This document shows, in pieces, positions 49,230 through 63,063 of a stretch of 64,000 bases of DNA. The number at the start of each line of letters is the position of its first letter. Position 1 is the stretch's first letter. The translations under genes were made by a program, and so were the position numbers. The stretch is from Eledone cirrhosa (Eukaryota). The stretch covers positions 55,924,001-55,988,000 of the forward strand of contig OZ024741.1 in the NCBI GenBank assembly GCA_964016885.1, given 5' to 3'. The notes under the pieces were generated by a model. The model had not been told where the DNA came from. It made no database searches and worked only from the letters and a program-made list of their open reading frames with translations.

Positions 49230-51810
49230 ATGGCTTAACATCTGTTTTACATGCTTGCATGGGTTAGACATGTTGAAACAAGTTAGGTCAGGTGACTATG
49301 TCTTGCTCATGCAGATTTGTATTTTGTCTTGGTTTCTATGGTTTGATGCACTTCCTAATATCAACTACGTTACAGTTTTGGCTGGGTGCTTTTTATTGTG
49401 AGACCAAAACGACCATCAACAGGGTGGACTAGGTGCTTTTTGTCATTCCACCAGCATGACCACCTTACAAGGTGGACTGGCCGCTTTTTGTCCTATCACC
49501 AGCAGATCACCTTACAGGGTGGACTAGATGTTTTTTATTATGTTACCAGCATGACCATCTTGCAGGGTGGATTGGATGCTTTTATTGTGGTACCAGAATA
49601 CCATATAGGGTATGGTAATGTTGTGGCGGCATGATTGTGGAGAAGCAGATGTGGAGCATGTTCAGCTTTCCATACTTGTATGCATGGGTTGGACCGGACA
49701 GGAGAGGTGTATCAGAAGTGAGGAAGGGAACAGGAGAGGTGTACCAGGAGTGTGGAAGATGGAGAGGGGAACGTGTATGCAAGTTGGACATGGATGAGGT
49801 GTGTGGGATATTTAGCTGGTGAAGGAAGAGTTAATGGTAGGGAGGAGATTGGTGCAGACTAGTGTCTTCTGCATGTTTGTTTCATCTCGTGCACATGGGA
49901 ATGCAGGTCTTCATCATCACCTTTGACTGTTTTAATTGTGCAAAATCAACTTTTATCACTTCATAACAAGTTTTCCTGGGTCTTCCTCTTCCATAGTTTC
50001 CATCAACTTCAAGAGCTATCATCCTTTATACTTGTCCATACCACTACATCTGATCCCTCTTATACCCAGTTTCTCCCTCAGTTCATGGATATTTTACCAT
50101 TCATGTATACTACTATTACATATCCATAGGACCATGCAAGCTTCATTTCAATCTTGTAGGTCCTCTTCACATAGTGCCCAAGTCTCACTTCTATGCAACA
50201 TTGCTGTTTGTACACAAACATCATACAAACTGCCTTTCATTTTGGGGAAAAAAACTTTTTGTAGCTAACAACACTAGTAGCTCCCTGAACTTATTCTATC
50301 TTATACTCATTCTGGCTACTGTACTTTCAGAACAGCCACCTCCACTGATAATTTAGTCACCTAAGTAACAGAAGCTATCAACTTCTACGGAATCTTCTGA
50401 GCATTTAATAGAGCTTGTTTCCTGTGAATTCTTGCTGCTTACTATGTTATTTGCTAGCCTGCCTGAAATCCTACATCTCTTGTATACCCATAGTTTGCAT
50501 TTTGGGACATAAGATAGAATTTCTACCGACTTCTTTTCTGCACACTGATCACGGTCATTTCCCTGAAGGGATCAGGACCCTGTTTTCCTTTTTACTTTCT
50601 AGAGCTTTAGTTTTTGCCAATTTGAATTTAAGACTTTTTGCTCCCAAGCTATGCTTCTAGATCTGGAAGTTTTAAACTCCTCTGTTATGGCCTGAAGGAC
50701 AATAATAAACAGGAGAGTGTTTAGAACAGTGGATGGATCCTCACTTTAATCATTGTTAATTCTAATCTTGTTGACTGCTCTTCTGTACATGGCTTGTACC
50801 ACCCTCACAAGCCACTCATCTACCCCTAGTTTTCTAAAAGCCCACCAGATTATGCAGTTGGGAACTCTGTCAAATTCTTTCTCCAAATCAACAATTGCCA
50901 AGTTGAAAGGCTTACTTTTATCTCAGTACTTCTTATAGTTGCCTCACAAGGAAGAGGGAATCTATAGTACTTTTACCCAGCACAAAACTGAACTGCATCT
51001 TAGGTTAATTTGGTTGATAACTTTCTGTAACTTTCATGACCTGATCCATCAACTTGATGCCTCTATAGTTTCCTCTGTCTATTGTATCACCTTTACCCAT
51101 GTAACAGTTGATGATGGTGCTATATCAGTCATTGGGTGTGATACCATTTTGTATTACTTGGTTTACAATACAGGTGGTTAGGGTATGCAACTATCTTGAT
51201 GGTCCAACTGACTCACCTGTTTTCATATTCCTAATTGCCTTACTATGCTGCTGCTGACTTGTACAGCTGGTTCCTCTGTTGGATCAACTTGGGGTAGACT
51301 ATCTTCCTCCCATGCATTCTCATTCAACAATCTCTCATAATGGCACATCCATGTTACTTTCTTTTCAGCATCATTTTGATCTTGGACACTCTTCTCTCTG
51401 ACATCATGGTTTTCCTTGACACACTGCCTTGCAATCCTGAACATCTCACATCTTTGGTCCTTATGTTGCAAAACATGCATAATTTTATTTATTTTATTTT
51501 TTTTGCTTCCCTTCTTGCAAAATATGCTCGACGTCTAGCTTCTTGGTAATGTTCTCTGCTTCTCCCATTCTTTCCATGCTTATTTCTTGATCTTAATTGC
51601 CTCACCCACCCTACTATTCCAACACCAAATCACTCTCCTTTTCCCTGAAGCCCTTCTCCAGCCACAGATCTTGTCATTTAATTCAGCCTCCTGCCTTCCA
51701 TTACTTGAACTTCTTCACCTTCTTTCGTGGAAATTTGCTCACATGTAGGGTGCACTGTGCAGGCTTCCTTGAAAGGATGATTATCTTAGTCTTCACAGCA
51801 CTGAGTTCCA
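49230..51810 (-). mobile_element. Old degenerate RTE LINE
   Basis: Decayed RT and pre-RT motifs (FRIARQC, CHYERLLNEN); 3'UTR subrepeats at 49380-49590. Confidence 0.78.
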
Positions 51811-51819
51811 TTCTTGCCC

Positions 51820-52520
51820 ATGCAGCACTCAGTAGCAAACCAATCAAGGAGGAACAAAGAGCAGTGATCCGATTTCTCTGGTTGGAAGGTGTGTCAAGGG
51901 CTGAAATTCATCAGAGGATTTTAGCACAATACGGCGACAGTGCACTACTGCTCAGAAGTGTGTATGAGTGGATCAAGAAGTTTAAAAGTGGCCAGACAAG
52001 CATGACACATGAAGAAAGACTGGGAGGCCCATTAATTTCCACCTCTGACAAGATTCAGCAAGCTCAAGAAATGGAGAATGTGTCATCAGTGGAGAATCAT
52101 CAGTGCAAGAAACTGTGCTTTGCTGGCCAACAATCTGAAGCCAGCAATTTGCACCAAATGCCAAAACCTATTGTTGTTTTGTTGTTGCATGACAATGGAT
52201 GCCCACATACGGCTTGCGAGACCATTGAAACAATTAAGCAATTGGGTTTTGAGGTGCTGGAAACCCTGCCTACAGCCCATTTCTCGCGCCTTCCGACTAT
52301 CATCTCTTTGGGCCGCTCAAAGATACTTTATGATGTCTTCGATTTCCAACGAATAAAGAAATGCAGGAAGTGGTGCATAAATGGTTGCATGACCAACTGA
52401 AAACCTTCTTCTTGGAGGGAATACATATGCTTGTGGACCACTGGACTAAGGGCATCGAAAAGGAAGGAGTCTATGTAGAAAAATGTACTTGTTTAACCTT
52501 GCTTTTGTGTAAATAAATTT
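51820..52520 (+). mobile_element. mariner transposase relic, internally deleted
   Basis: EQRAVIRFL...EIHQRI..QYGD...VYEWIKKFKSG HTH joined to LLHDNGCPH; C-terminal W.K.IEKEG.YVEK. Confidence 0.8.
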
Positions 52521-52721
52521 ATTTTATTTTCTCTCATGTTTATATATATATTCTCAGGAATTTTACCCGCCCTAGATATATATATATCTCACACACACAC
52601 ACTCTGTTGTATACTACCCAAGAGATCCCATATCAAAGTTGGAAATATGCATATATAGAGTGCTTAACCATACTTACACCTCTATTTAATGAAAGCAATA
52701 CAAACACACATATCTACACAT

Positions 52722-54490
52722 CTGCTACAAAGGTAAAAATGATGAACTAGATAGAGGAAATTATAGAGGTATAAAGCTGATGGACCAGGTCATGAAAGTA
52801 ACGGAAAGAGTTATAGCACAGTTGATTAGGGACCAGGTGAAACTAGATGAAATGCAATTTGGGTTTGTACCAGGAAAAGGCACCACTGATGCCCTCTTCC
52901 TTGTGAAGCAGTTACAGGAAAAGTACCTAGCTAAAAGTAAGCCACTCTACCTAGCATTTGTCGATCTGGAAAAAGCCTTCGACAGAGTCTCCTGTGCTAT
53001 AATCTGGTGGGCTCTTAGAAAATTAGGAGTAGATGAATGGCTTGTGAAAGCTGTACAAGCCATGTATAGAGGAGCAGTCAGCAAAGTTCGAGTTAGCAAT
53101 GACTATAGCGAGGAATTTAGCATACAGGTCGGTGTTCACCAGGGCTCTGTTCTTAGCCCTCTCCTGTTCATTATAGTTTTGCAGGCAATAACGGAGGAGT
53201 TTAAGACCGGATGCCCATGGAACTCCTATATGCGGATGATCTTGCACTTATAGCTGAATCTATGCTGGAACTAGAGAAGAAATTCCAAACTTGGAAGCAG
53301 GGACTAGAAAGAAAGGGTCTCAAAGTCAATCTGACAAAGATTAAGGTTCTTGTAAGTAGACGAGAAAACAGAACCCAGATCCCCTCAGGGAAATGGCCTT
53401 GCTCAATATGTAGGAAAGGTGTCGGTAGGAACTCCATTCTCTGCCCCAAATGCAAACAATGGGTACACAAGAAATGTAGTGGGATCTCAGGAAGCTTAAC
53501 TAAGAATGTAGGCTTTATATGTAGCAGCTGGGACCGCAAGCAGCAAACGGCCACAGGAAACAAGCACCACCAAACTCTGGGAGGACTTTGTAGAAACAGT
53601 AGACAGCTTCTGCTACCTAGGTGACCGAATTAACAGCGGAGATGGGTGTTCGGAAAGTACAATAACTAGAGTAAGAACGGGATGGAAGAATTTCAGGGAG
53701 CTACTGCCACTGCTAGCTGCAAAAGGCTTTTCCTTCAAAATAAAAGACAGACTGTATGATGCATGTATACGAACAGCAATGTTACATGGTAGTGAGACAT
53801 GGGCACTGTCTGTAGAAGACTTGCGCAGATTAGAAAAAAACGAAGCTTGCATGCTCCGATGGATGTGTAATAGTAATATACGCGAACGGCAAAGCATAAA
53901 TGAACTGAGAGAGTGACTGAGCATAAGAGGAATCAAATGCTGTGCGCAGGAGAGGAGGTTACATTGTTATGGACATGTATGCATATGAAGGATGACAGCT
54001 GCATAAAAAGGTGCAGAGCACTAGAAGTCGATGGAAGCCGCGGAGTGGGGAGACCCAAGAAGACCTGGGATGAGGTGATAAAAGTCAACCTTACCCAATT
54101 GCACCTCTCAAGGGCGATGACACATGACCATGACTTCTGGTGTCACGCAGTAATACAGAAGACCCGACTTCCCACAGGAACAGGCCGAAGCTGAAGCATA
54201 TAGACAATATGCCCCCTCCCACTGCAAAATGGTTGTGGAGGTGTCATGACAAAAAAGTACCCAGCCCACACTGTAAAGTGGACGTGTAGGCGCCACGGAA
54301 AAAAAAGCACCCAGCACTCACTGTAAATGAGGTTGGTGTTAGGAAGGGTATCCAGCTGTAGAAATCAAGCCAGAGTCAGTTCCTATATGAGCAAGACAAG
54401 GTCAGCCGACTGGACACTGCCCACAACAGGACAACCCATCTAACCCATGCTAGCGTGGAAGAATGGATGTAAAACGGTGATAATGATGAT
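52722..54490 (+). mobile_element. RTE family A-related LINE, 5'-truncated
   Basis: RT ORFs 52780-53253 and 53211-53624, C-terminus and 3'UTR; frameshifted. Confidence 0.9.
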
Positions 54491-54991
54491 ATCATCATCA
54501 TCATCATCATCATCATCATCGTTTAGCGTCCGTGTTCCACGCTTGCATGGGTTTGGACGGCTGGATGCGATATATATATATATCGCATCCAGTTTACTCT
54601 ATAAGGTGGTCGCGCTAGTGACATGAGAAAAACAAACCCACTAGCCCACACTGTAATTTGGTTGGCGTTAGGAAGGACACCAAGACATAGAAATCAACCC
54701 CAAAATACAGATCGTATGAGCAAGATGGGGTCACTTGGCCGGACTAGTCTTGTTCCGTGACAACTTGTCAAACCCATGCAAACGTGGAAAAATAGATGTT
54801 AACCGATAATGATAATGGTGATATACTCAAACCGTTTCGACGGCTATTTCTGGACTCAGAAATAGCCGCCGAAACGGCTTGAGCTCAGCCGGCGGGGTCT
54901 TGAACATTTTCCTATTACCCACTCTACTACCCTAAGTATTGAGTACTCTGGTGCGTTATGGTCAACCTGGTTCCTTACCACACTTCCTTCG

Positions 54992-55035
<44 letters not shown>

Positions 55036-56120
55036 ATGTGTGATATATTGGGAGTTACCAGTTTTCAACTAAGAACTCATATTTAGGAAACTAAGATGTA
55101 GGCATTGTAAAGATGTAGTGCCGGACGGCTGAGCTCCTGCCGTTTCGAAAGAGCTCAGCCGTCGAGCACTAACTCTTTACTCTGTGTGTGTGTGTATATA
55201 TATATATATACACACACACTCACACATAGATGTGTATGTTCAATCTCTTTTCTCGCCTCCTCTTCTTACTCTCTATTCTCTCAATCTTCACTTCCTTTCT
55301 CTCTTTGTGTTTTCTCATTCCTCGCTTCTCTCCTCTTGTCACCGCCACCTTTTTTCTTTTTCCTCCTCATATTCTTCACTCTATTGTTCTCCTCTCACCA
55401 CACCTCACTCTCTGCCCCGCCACTTTCTCAATCATTGTATATTACACGGACACAAATTCAGGGCACCTTGCAAGATGGTGTTCATCTGCAGAACTGCTCC
55501 TCGATTATTTGACCGCTTGACTCGTTACTTTACGAACTTGGCGATGATGATGATTTTGTTGGCTAGATGTCCTTTTCTTATCTTTGTTTGTGTGTATACT
55601 TACATATATGCATTAAGACTGTTTTTCTTGTATATTCTTGAACTACGTGTGTGTGTGTATATATATAAAGTATTAAATTAATGTATTTCTTTATTGTACT
55701 GTAGTCTGCTTTGTTGTTTCTGTTTACTTTTCATATATACATACATACACACATACTCGCACGTTCTCTCTTATCGATGTAGTTGATCTATGATTTCATC
55801 TACCTTTAGTACATTTAGTTAAGCAAGTCGTATATGTAACTGATGTTACTACTTGATACCGTTGTGTGTACCTTTGTCATTGTGCGTGTATATGTCTCAT
55901 TGTGTGTATATATGTATGTATGTATCTATGTATGTATGTATGTATGACATACTCCTTCGTTAATTGATTGTAAAATAGGGTGTTCGAGGTTACTGTAATA
56001 TCTCGTTCCCGGTTTCCATTATTTGGTTTTAGTACTTGTGTATACTCTGCCGTTAATATAACCCCCCCCCCCCCCATCTGTGTATGTATATACATATATA
56101 CTCTCACGCACACACATATA

Positions 56121-56290
56121 CAGGGAAAATTCCGTTATAACAAATTTTTCAGTATAACGAATTTTTCAATCACCGAGGTAATGATAAACAAATGTTCGAT
56201 TTGCTTCGGTCATCCTCGTTATAACAAATTTTTCGTTACAACGAATTTTTTTATCCACCTCTTGAATATCGTTATAACGGAATTTCACCA
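56121..56290. mobile_element. pogo/Tigger-like MITE
   Basis: TA|CAGGGAAAATTCCGTTATAAC ... GTTATAACGGAATTTCACCA|TA with internal GTTATAAC subrepeats. Confidence 0.72.
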
Positions 56291-56300
56291 TATGTGTGTG

Positions 56301-56362
<62 letters not shown>

Positions 56363-56471
56363 CCTCCTTTAATCAATTTATATGGATAATTTCTGTCCAT
56401 TCATCATTCTGGAATTTTAAAGTTATACTCGTGAAATTATGTGTTCATACACACATAAATGAATAGCTATA

Positions 56472-56527
<56 letters not shown>

Positions 56528-56967
56528 ATGTGTGAGAGAGAGAAAGAGATTGATATAGAGATAGTGAGGTACAGAGATAAATTCTATTGATATTTAGACT
56601 GACAGTGATAGACGAGAAGATAAATGCCATATATACCTTGTTGTGTGTGTATGAACAAACACTCCCTCCCTCATGAATATCTAAACTGATTTTATCGTAA
56701 CCAACATCATTGACATACATATAATCTATTTTGATTTCTTTCATCATTATCATCACAACAGTTTTATTATTCCTTCTAATGTTGTACACACTGTGTGTCT
56801 GTTTGTTTGTGTGGGTATATATATATATACATACTAGAATTTATTTATAGTATGTATATATACACATTTATTGATAGTATGTATATATACACATACACAC
56901 ATACGCTGGCGTGTATGTGTATATGCATACATTTATATGTATGAGTATATATATATATATATACGCG

Positions 56968-56998
<31 letters not shown>

Positions 56999-57527
56999 TT
57001 ATCACTGATGAAGGACTAACTTTATTCATATGTAACCCATTAGCAACCCCGCAGCACGTTTTTCTCGTATATATATATATACATAAACGCACAAACACAG
57101 ATACACTTACAAAAATACTCACACATACATTCACACACATACCCATACATTCACAGAAACACACATTGTGTGACGGACGGAAGTCACTAAAATTTATATA
57201 TAGATACATATGTTATATTTGTGGATGATCATGTTGTCAGTATTGCAAATAAAAAGAAACACACGCACCATATGATTTTCACTTCATTTTTATTACTGGT
57301 TATGCATTAATTCGTCAAACCTCTTTCGTCACGCAGTCTATGACTGCCTCAATGGTTATCTGTTCCCTATTGTGCCTCTTCTTTCTGGTCTTAATTTGCT
57401 ACTCCATTAGTTTCAACACACGATTTCATATCACGAATCTTTCAAAACAAATATAATAATAAAATTTGAAGACTAAAATCCAAAGAGGGCTCGATAAGGA
57501 TAAATATATATCAGATATATATTTATT

Positions 57528-57532
<5 letters not shown>

Positions 57533-57599
<67 letters not shown>

Positions 57600-57803
57600 A
57601 TTATATATATATGATGATTATGTATATATATATATATATGATGATGATGATTATGTATATATATATATATGATGATGATGATTATGTATATATATATATA
57701 TGATGATGATGATTATGTATATATATATATGATGATTATGTATATATATATATGATGATGATGATTATGTATATATATATATGATGACGATGATTATATA
57801 TAT
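57533..57803. repeat. Compound (TA)n/(GAT)n higher-order microsatellite
   Basis: Repeated [TA]n-[TGA]n-TTATG units. Confidence 0.9.
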
Positions 57804-59266
57804 ACACACATACAGTGAAATTTATTTGTAAAGAAAAATTCTTGGTAGAGCATGGGAACATTTTTGAAAGCGAGATGTATGCCCTCAACCCACCCAAACA
57901 CCTGGTATAGTGTGGGAATGTGAATGAGACATAGGTCTCCAGCCCTTCTGAGAGACCAGTAGCTTCGCTTGAGTACTACTTTGGTCTGTGACAACCTGTC
58001 CAGCTCTTGCTAACAGGGATAATGGATGTTAAGTGATGATGACACACACACATGTATATATAGGTGCATGTTGCAAGCATAGCTGAATGATTAAGAAGTT
58101 TGGGTCACAATTATGAAGTCCTGGGTTCAATGTCACTGCATGATATCTTATAGTCTCAGGTGGGCCCAAACCTGTCAGTGAAATTAGTTAAGTTGAAACT
58201 GGGCAGAATCTTATCACATGAACTATGCCTATAATTCGAAAGTCCATATGATGTGTTACGATGAGAAAACAAACCTGGTATATGCTGTGAAGTGGTTTGC
58301 ATTAGGAAGGGCATCCTTGATGTCCCATTGCTGTGTGCAACGTCTTTCAGTGTCTTGCAGCCAAGATATCCTGCAGGTTAGTTCTGGTTCATACTGATTC
58401 ACTGCTTTGCCATTCATGGTACCTAATGTCTCTGATCCCTTCATCAAAGAACATAAAACATTACTTTTCAATTCTCTTCTTGTTTTATATACTAGGCATG
58501 TGGCCTAGTGGTTACGGTGTTGGATTTATGATCATAATATCATGGATTTGATTGCTGGACTGGATTGTGTGTTCTGTTCTTGAGCAAAACACTTCATTTC
58601 ACATTGCTCAAGTATACTCAGCTGAAAATGAGTTCTGGTAGCTGCAGGGACTTAACTCTGCAATCGATTGGCATCCTGTCTAGGAGAAGTCTTGTATACT
58701 GTTGCCTAATGCCAAGGAAACTGGGATGAACGCCAGGCTTGGGACAAACTTTAGACTTCTTATATATGCCATATGTCTAGCTTCTCATCTAGTTACTATA
58801 TTTTTTTCACATACATACCCCACTACAGACACACACACACATTCACACATTCTCTCTATCTCTAGCTCTTACACACAGTCTTCATTATATTCTTTATATT
58901 TAATGAGTTTTCTTTCCTCTTATCAGTTTCTTTTACTAATATACATACACATATACACACATATTTTTGTGTATCTGAGTGTATATGCAGTCATGCATTG
59001 CATTGTGGTGACATGGCTGCTTGCACTATGAAAATAACATCAATTGTATTGATGATGACTGACTTAATGTCATTGTGTATGTGTGTGATTGGCCACAAGC
59101 AAAGGCAGTGCTGATGATTGTGATGGTGATGATGACAGTTGTATTGTTAGTTATAAATCGTAATACAGTTGGAAACATTTTAACATTTTACTGTTGGATG
59201 TATGTGTGTGTGCGTGTATGAGTGTGTAAGTGTCCACGTGTGTGTGTTTGTGTTTAACCATGTGTA

Positions 59267-59604
59267 CATCATCATCATCATCATTTTACGTCCGCTTTTC
59301 GCTGCTTGCAAGGGTGGGACAGGAACTGATTCTGGCTTGATTTCTACAGCTGGTTGCCCTTCCTAACACCAATCTCATTTACAGTGAGTGCTGGGTGCTT
59401 TTTTCCGTGGCGCCTACACGACCACTTTGCAGTGGAATGATAGGGACCCCAGTCCTATCATCTTATTTCTACAGCTGAGTAAACTGGAGCAATGTGAAAT
59501 AAAGTGTCTTGCTCAAGGAAACAACACATCACCCAGTCTGAGAATTGAACTCACAACCTTTCGATTGCAAGGCCAATGCTCTAACCACTAAGCCATGTGC
59601 CTCC
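59267..59604 (-). mobile_element. CORE-type SINE
   Basis: Same family as 950-1288; an older relative lies at 58495-58740. Confidence 0.85.
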
Positions 59605-60397
59605 ATTACATGCGTAAATATCTGTGTACAAACATATATGGATGTGTATGTATTTATGCAAATATTTTTGTATGTATGAGTTTGTTGTCATCACCATCAC
59701 TGCTATCAGCTTCATTGTCACCTTCAGTATTACCATCATTACCACCACCATTACCTCCACCACTACTATTACCATCACCACCACCAGTATCATCATCAAA
59801 ACCTCTGGTCTTGCAGACAAGCATTGGATAGGTTTGTTTAATTTGCAACATATTGGCCCCCTTCTCCCAACATTTGTCATTTCATCTATAAAACACTACA
59901 TTCTATGATTTCCCCTCCCCATATTAACCCATATCTTTGTTGATCACAGCTGGAACACATAGGGGCAGGGTCGTCAGAGCTGAGAACAAAATTGATTTAT
60001 TTGTTCCAGCTTTCTGCATTCTGAGGTCAAAACTTGCCATGTTCAACTTTGCCTTTCATTCTTTCAGTGTTGATAAAGTACCAATCGAGGGTTTTGAACT
60101 AGTGGAATTGTTTGAGTGTCGGATAAGAAGTCTTGTGGTATTTGTTCTTCTGGCTCTTTGCATTTTGATGGATTGGATAGCAGACTTAATTAAACTCTTG
60201 CTTAGTTTAACATCATCACCTGGTCCTAGGGTGCCTTTAATGAAGTCTAGTTTATTGTAAGCATTCAGACCAGGTCTCCAGTTTGAGGATGACATCTTCC
60301 CTTTTTTTACTCCCACCAGTCACAGAAGCCCTGAAAAATGTCATCAGCACTACCTTTCTCTCCCTGACTAAGATATATTATTTTTAAATTGGCTTAA

Positions 60398-60619
60398 CCC
60401 TTTATTCCATTCCAAACTGCCTCTAGTTCTACGATACAAAACTGTTTATTTTAAAATGTTTATAGTTATCTAAACATCTAACATAATTTTTATGTAAGAA
60501 CCTTTATTCCAAATGCCAACTCAATAAAAAGAAAGTTAGTTATATTACTAGATCTCTCTAAAGTTTTGATTATTTAAAATCATAAGCTATGTGTTTCATT
60601 AGAAACGATAATGAAAGGG
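60398..60619. mobile_element. piggyBac-like MITE, degenerate
   Basis: TTAA|CCCTTTATT ... AATGAAAGGG|TTAA; similar length to the 14333 element. Confidence 0.6.
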
Positions 60620-62098
60620 TTAAAATAACAATTATTTTCTTTGTAGGGTTAACCCCCCCCCCCCCCCCCAAAAAAAATTATCACTAAACCCTCATCATCT
60701 TCATATCACATCTGCACCAGTAGTTAGTTTCCTAATATATTTTGTACACAAACACAAAACAAACATTTTAAGGCCATTTTTCATACTAAAGACTTGTGGA
60801 CCCATGGCAAGACCTATGACTCTTATGATTGTGGGGACCTCTTTAAAGCAATGTCTTACAGCCAAATGCCACTCTTGGTGCCAACTCCTTTAGACACCTC
60901 TTATGACACGCAAAGGTACACTCTCACACACACACAAATGAACATGACAACAAATATATTACATACATACATACAGGCATTGGATCTCTGTTAGTTCCGA
61001 CAGTGTGTGTTCCAATTGTTTGACCAACAGAGGAGCCTTCTTATGAACTTAATGTACAAATGGCTGAGCACTGCACATGCACAGTTACCCATAACATAAT
61101 TCTCAGGGAGATTCAGCATGACACAGTAGTGTGTTATAATTCTGGCCTTCTTGAATCACACATGCAACTCATTTTTTTGTCAGCTGAGTGAACTTGGGCA
61201 ACAGGATATAAAGTATTATGCCTATACAATCCTGAGTGAATACGCTAACCACTAAACCATATGCATATATATGCATGCACGCACACACACACACACATAT
61301 ATATCAAGAGATGGCAACTTAAATGGACCTGTTATTTTTCTCTAAAAAAAAAAATTTCCGATTCCACCCTGCCCGCCTCCTCAATCTTTCTAATTTCTCA
61401 TTCTTTCTTCTGATGAAGAACTAACATCCGAAACTAGACCCTCTTCCTTCTATTTCAAGCGTTAAATCAATATATTCCTTCCATATACTGTACTGTTTGT
61501 GTTGTTTCTGTTTACCTTTTACATACATATGTATATATATATATACACATACATAAATATATATATACATGTATGCATATATATACACACACACATCTAA
61601 TTAATGCATTCATTGTAATAGCAAGCTTCAATCTGTCCTGCCTGAGGAAGGTTGAAGAAGAGAAAGAAGAAATATGTTGTCTGTTGGTTGAGATGTTGAC
61701 CAACCTATAGAAGACTCTGACAATAAATAAATGCAACATAACTACCACTTCTCCTCATGCCACCTACCATTTCCTCCTCCTTCTCCATCATCATTACTAC
61801 CATTTATATCAGTTCATCTCTTGTATAACAGATATATTGTTTAAGCTACTCACAACCCATCTCCTAGCTAGCTTTCATACATAGTATACACATGTATGTA
61901 TGTGTGTGTGTATGTACATGTGAATATATGTGTGTGTGTGGGTGCATGTATCTATATATTATATATGTGTGTGTATGTATCATCATCATCACCGTTTTAC
62001 GTCCGTTCTTCCACGCTAGCATGGGTTAGACGGGTTGTCCTGTTGTGGGCAGTGTCTGGTCGGCTGACCATGCCTTGCTCATACAGGAACTGATCTGG

Positions 62099-62133
<35 letters not shown>

Positions 62134-62867
62134 TATATATATGTGTGTGTGTGTGTGTGTATATATATAATATATATATGTGTGTGTGTGTGTATATATA
62201 TAATATATATATATATGTGTGTGTGTGTGTATATATATATATATTTAAGTGAGAAAAAATTTTATTTATAGGAGTACAAACCAGATAGACAAAAAACAAT
62301 ATTTTATCTAAACTCGCTTAAAGATCTCCCTACCATTGTTTTGTTTGTGGAAGAATTCTTATCGGAACCACCAATAATTGAAGAATCCGCAATACTCTTC
62401 AGGGAAGTTTAAATTCTTCAAATGCTAAGAGAAAATTGACCAAGAAATTATACATACTGCTTCATTTGCAGAGGCAGCATACTGAATAAAAAACCACGTT
62501 GTGTAGTATCCCCTCACCTCCCACCTACACTGCTAATTAGATTACCTAAGTATCAGAAGCAATCTAATAAAATACCGTATTTGAATTACTGTAGAATTTG
62601 GAGGAATTTACTAAAATTATTCCGATTATTAAGATAGTAGTAGTATTATGTTGAGAAGAAGCAAATTTAAAACATATTTTAAAGAATTTGAAATTATAGT
62701 TTCCACAATACAAATAACTATAATAATAGTTGAATAAAATTGGGTAAAGTACTCTGGAGAGTTGCATGGTTCAATTTCCCTGCAGGTATGTGTCCATCTT
62801 CAGGAGTATTTTATCTAATTCTATTCAACTACCATCTATAGTTATCAACTATTATAGATATCTAAGG

Positions 62868-63060
62868 GGTGGTGGATTGGCAGTATCGGTAGAGGGTCGG
62901 ACACCATACTTTGCAGCATAGAGTTACGGCCCTTGCCATTCTGAGTTCAAATCCCGCGGAGGTTAACTTTGCCTTTCATCCTTACGGGGTCGATAAAATA
63001 AAGTACCAGTAATGCACTGGGTAATTGCTGGCCTTGTGCCAAAAGTAGAAACAATTATTA
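62868..63060 (+). mobile_element. Deu/Nin-type SINE
   Basis: Same family as 18581. Confidence 0.85.
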
Positions 63061-63063
63061 TAG

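Noticed and set aside
60056-60316. 86-aa minus ORF with protein-like composition
   Set aside because: No recognisable motif or clear splice sites; its 3' end runs into a SINE remnant
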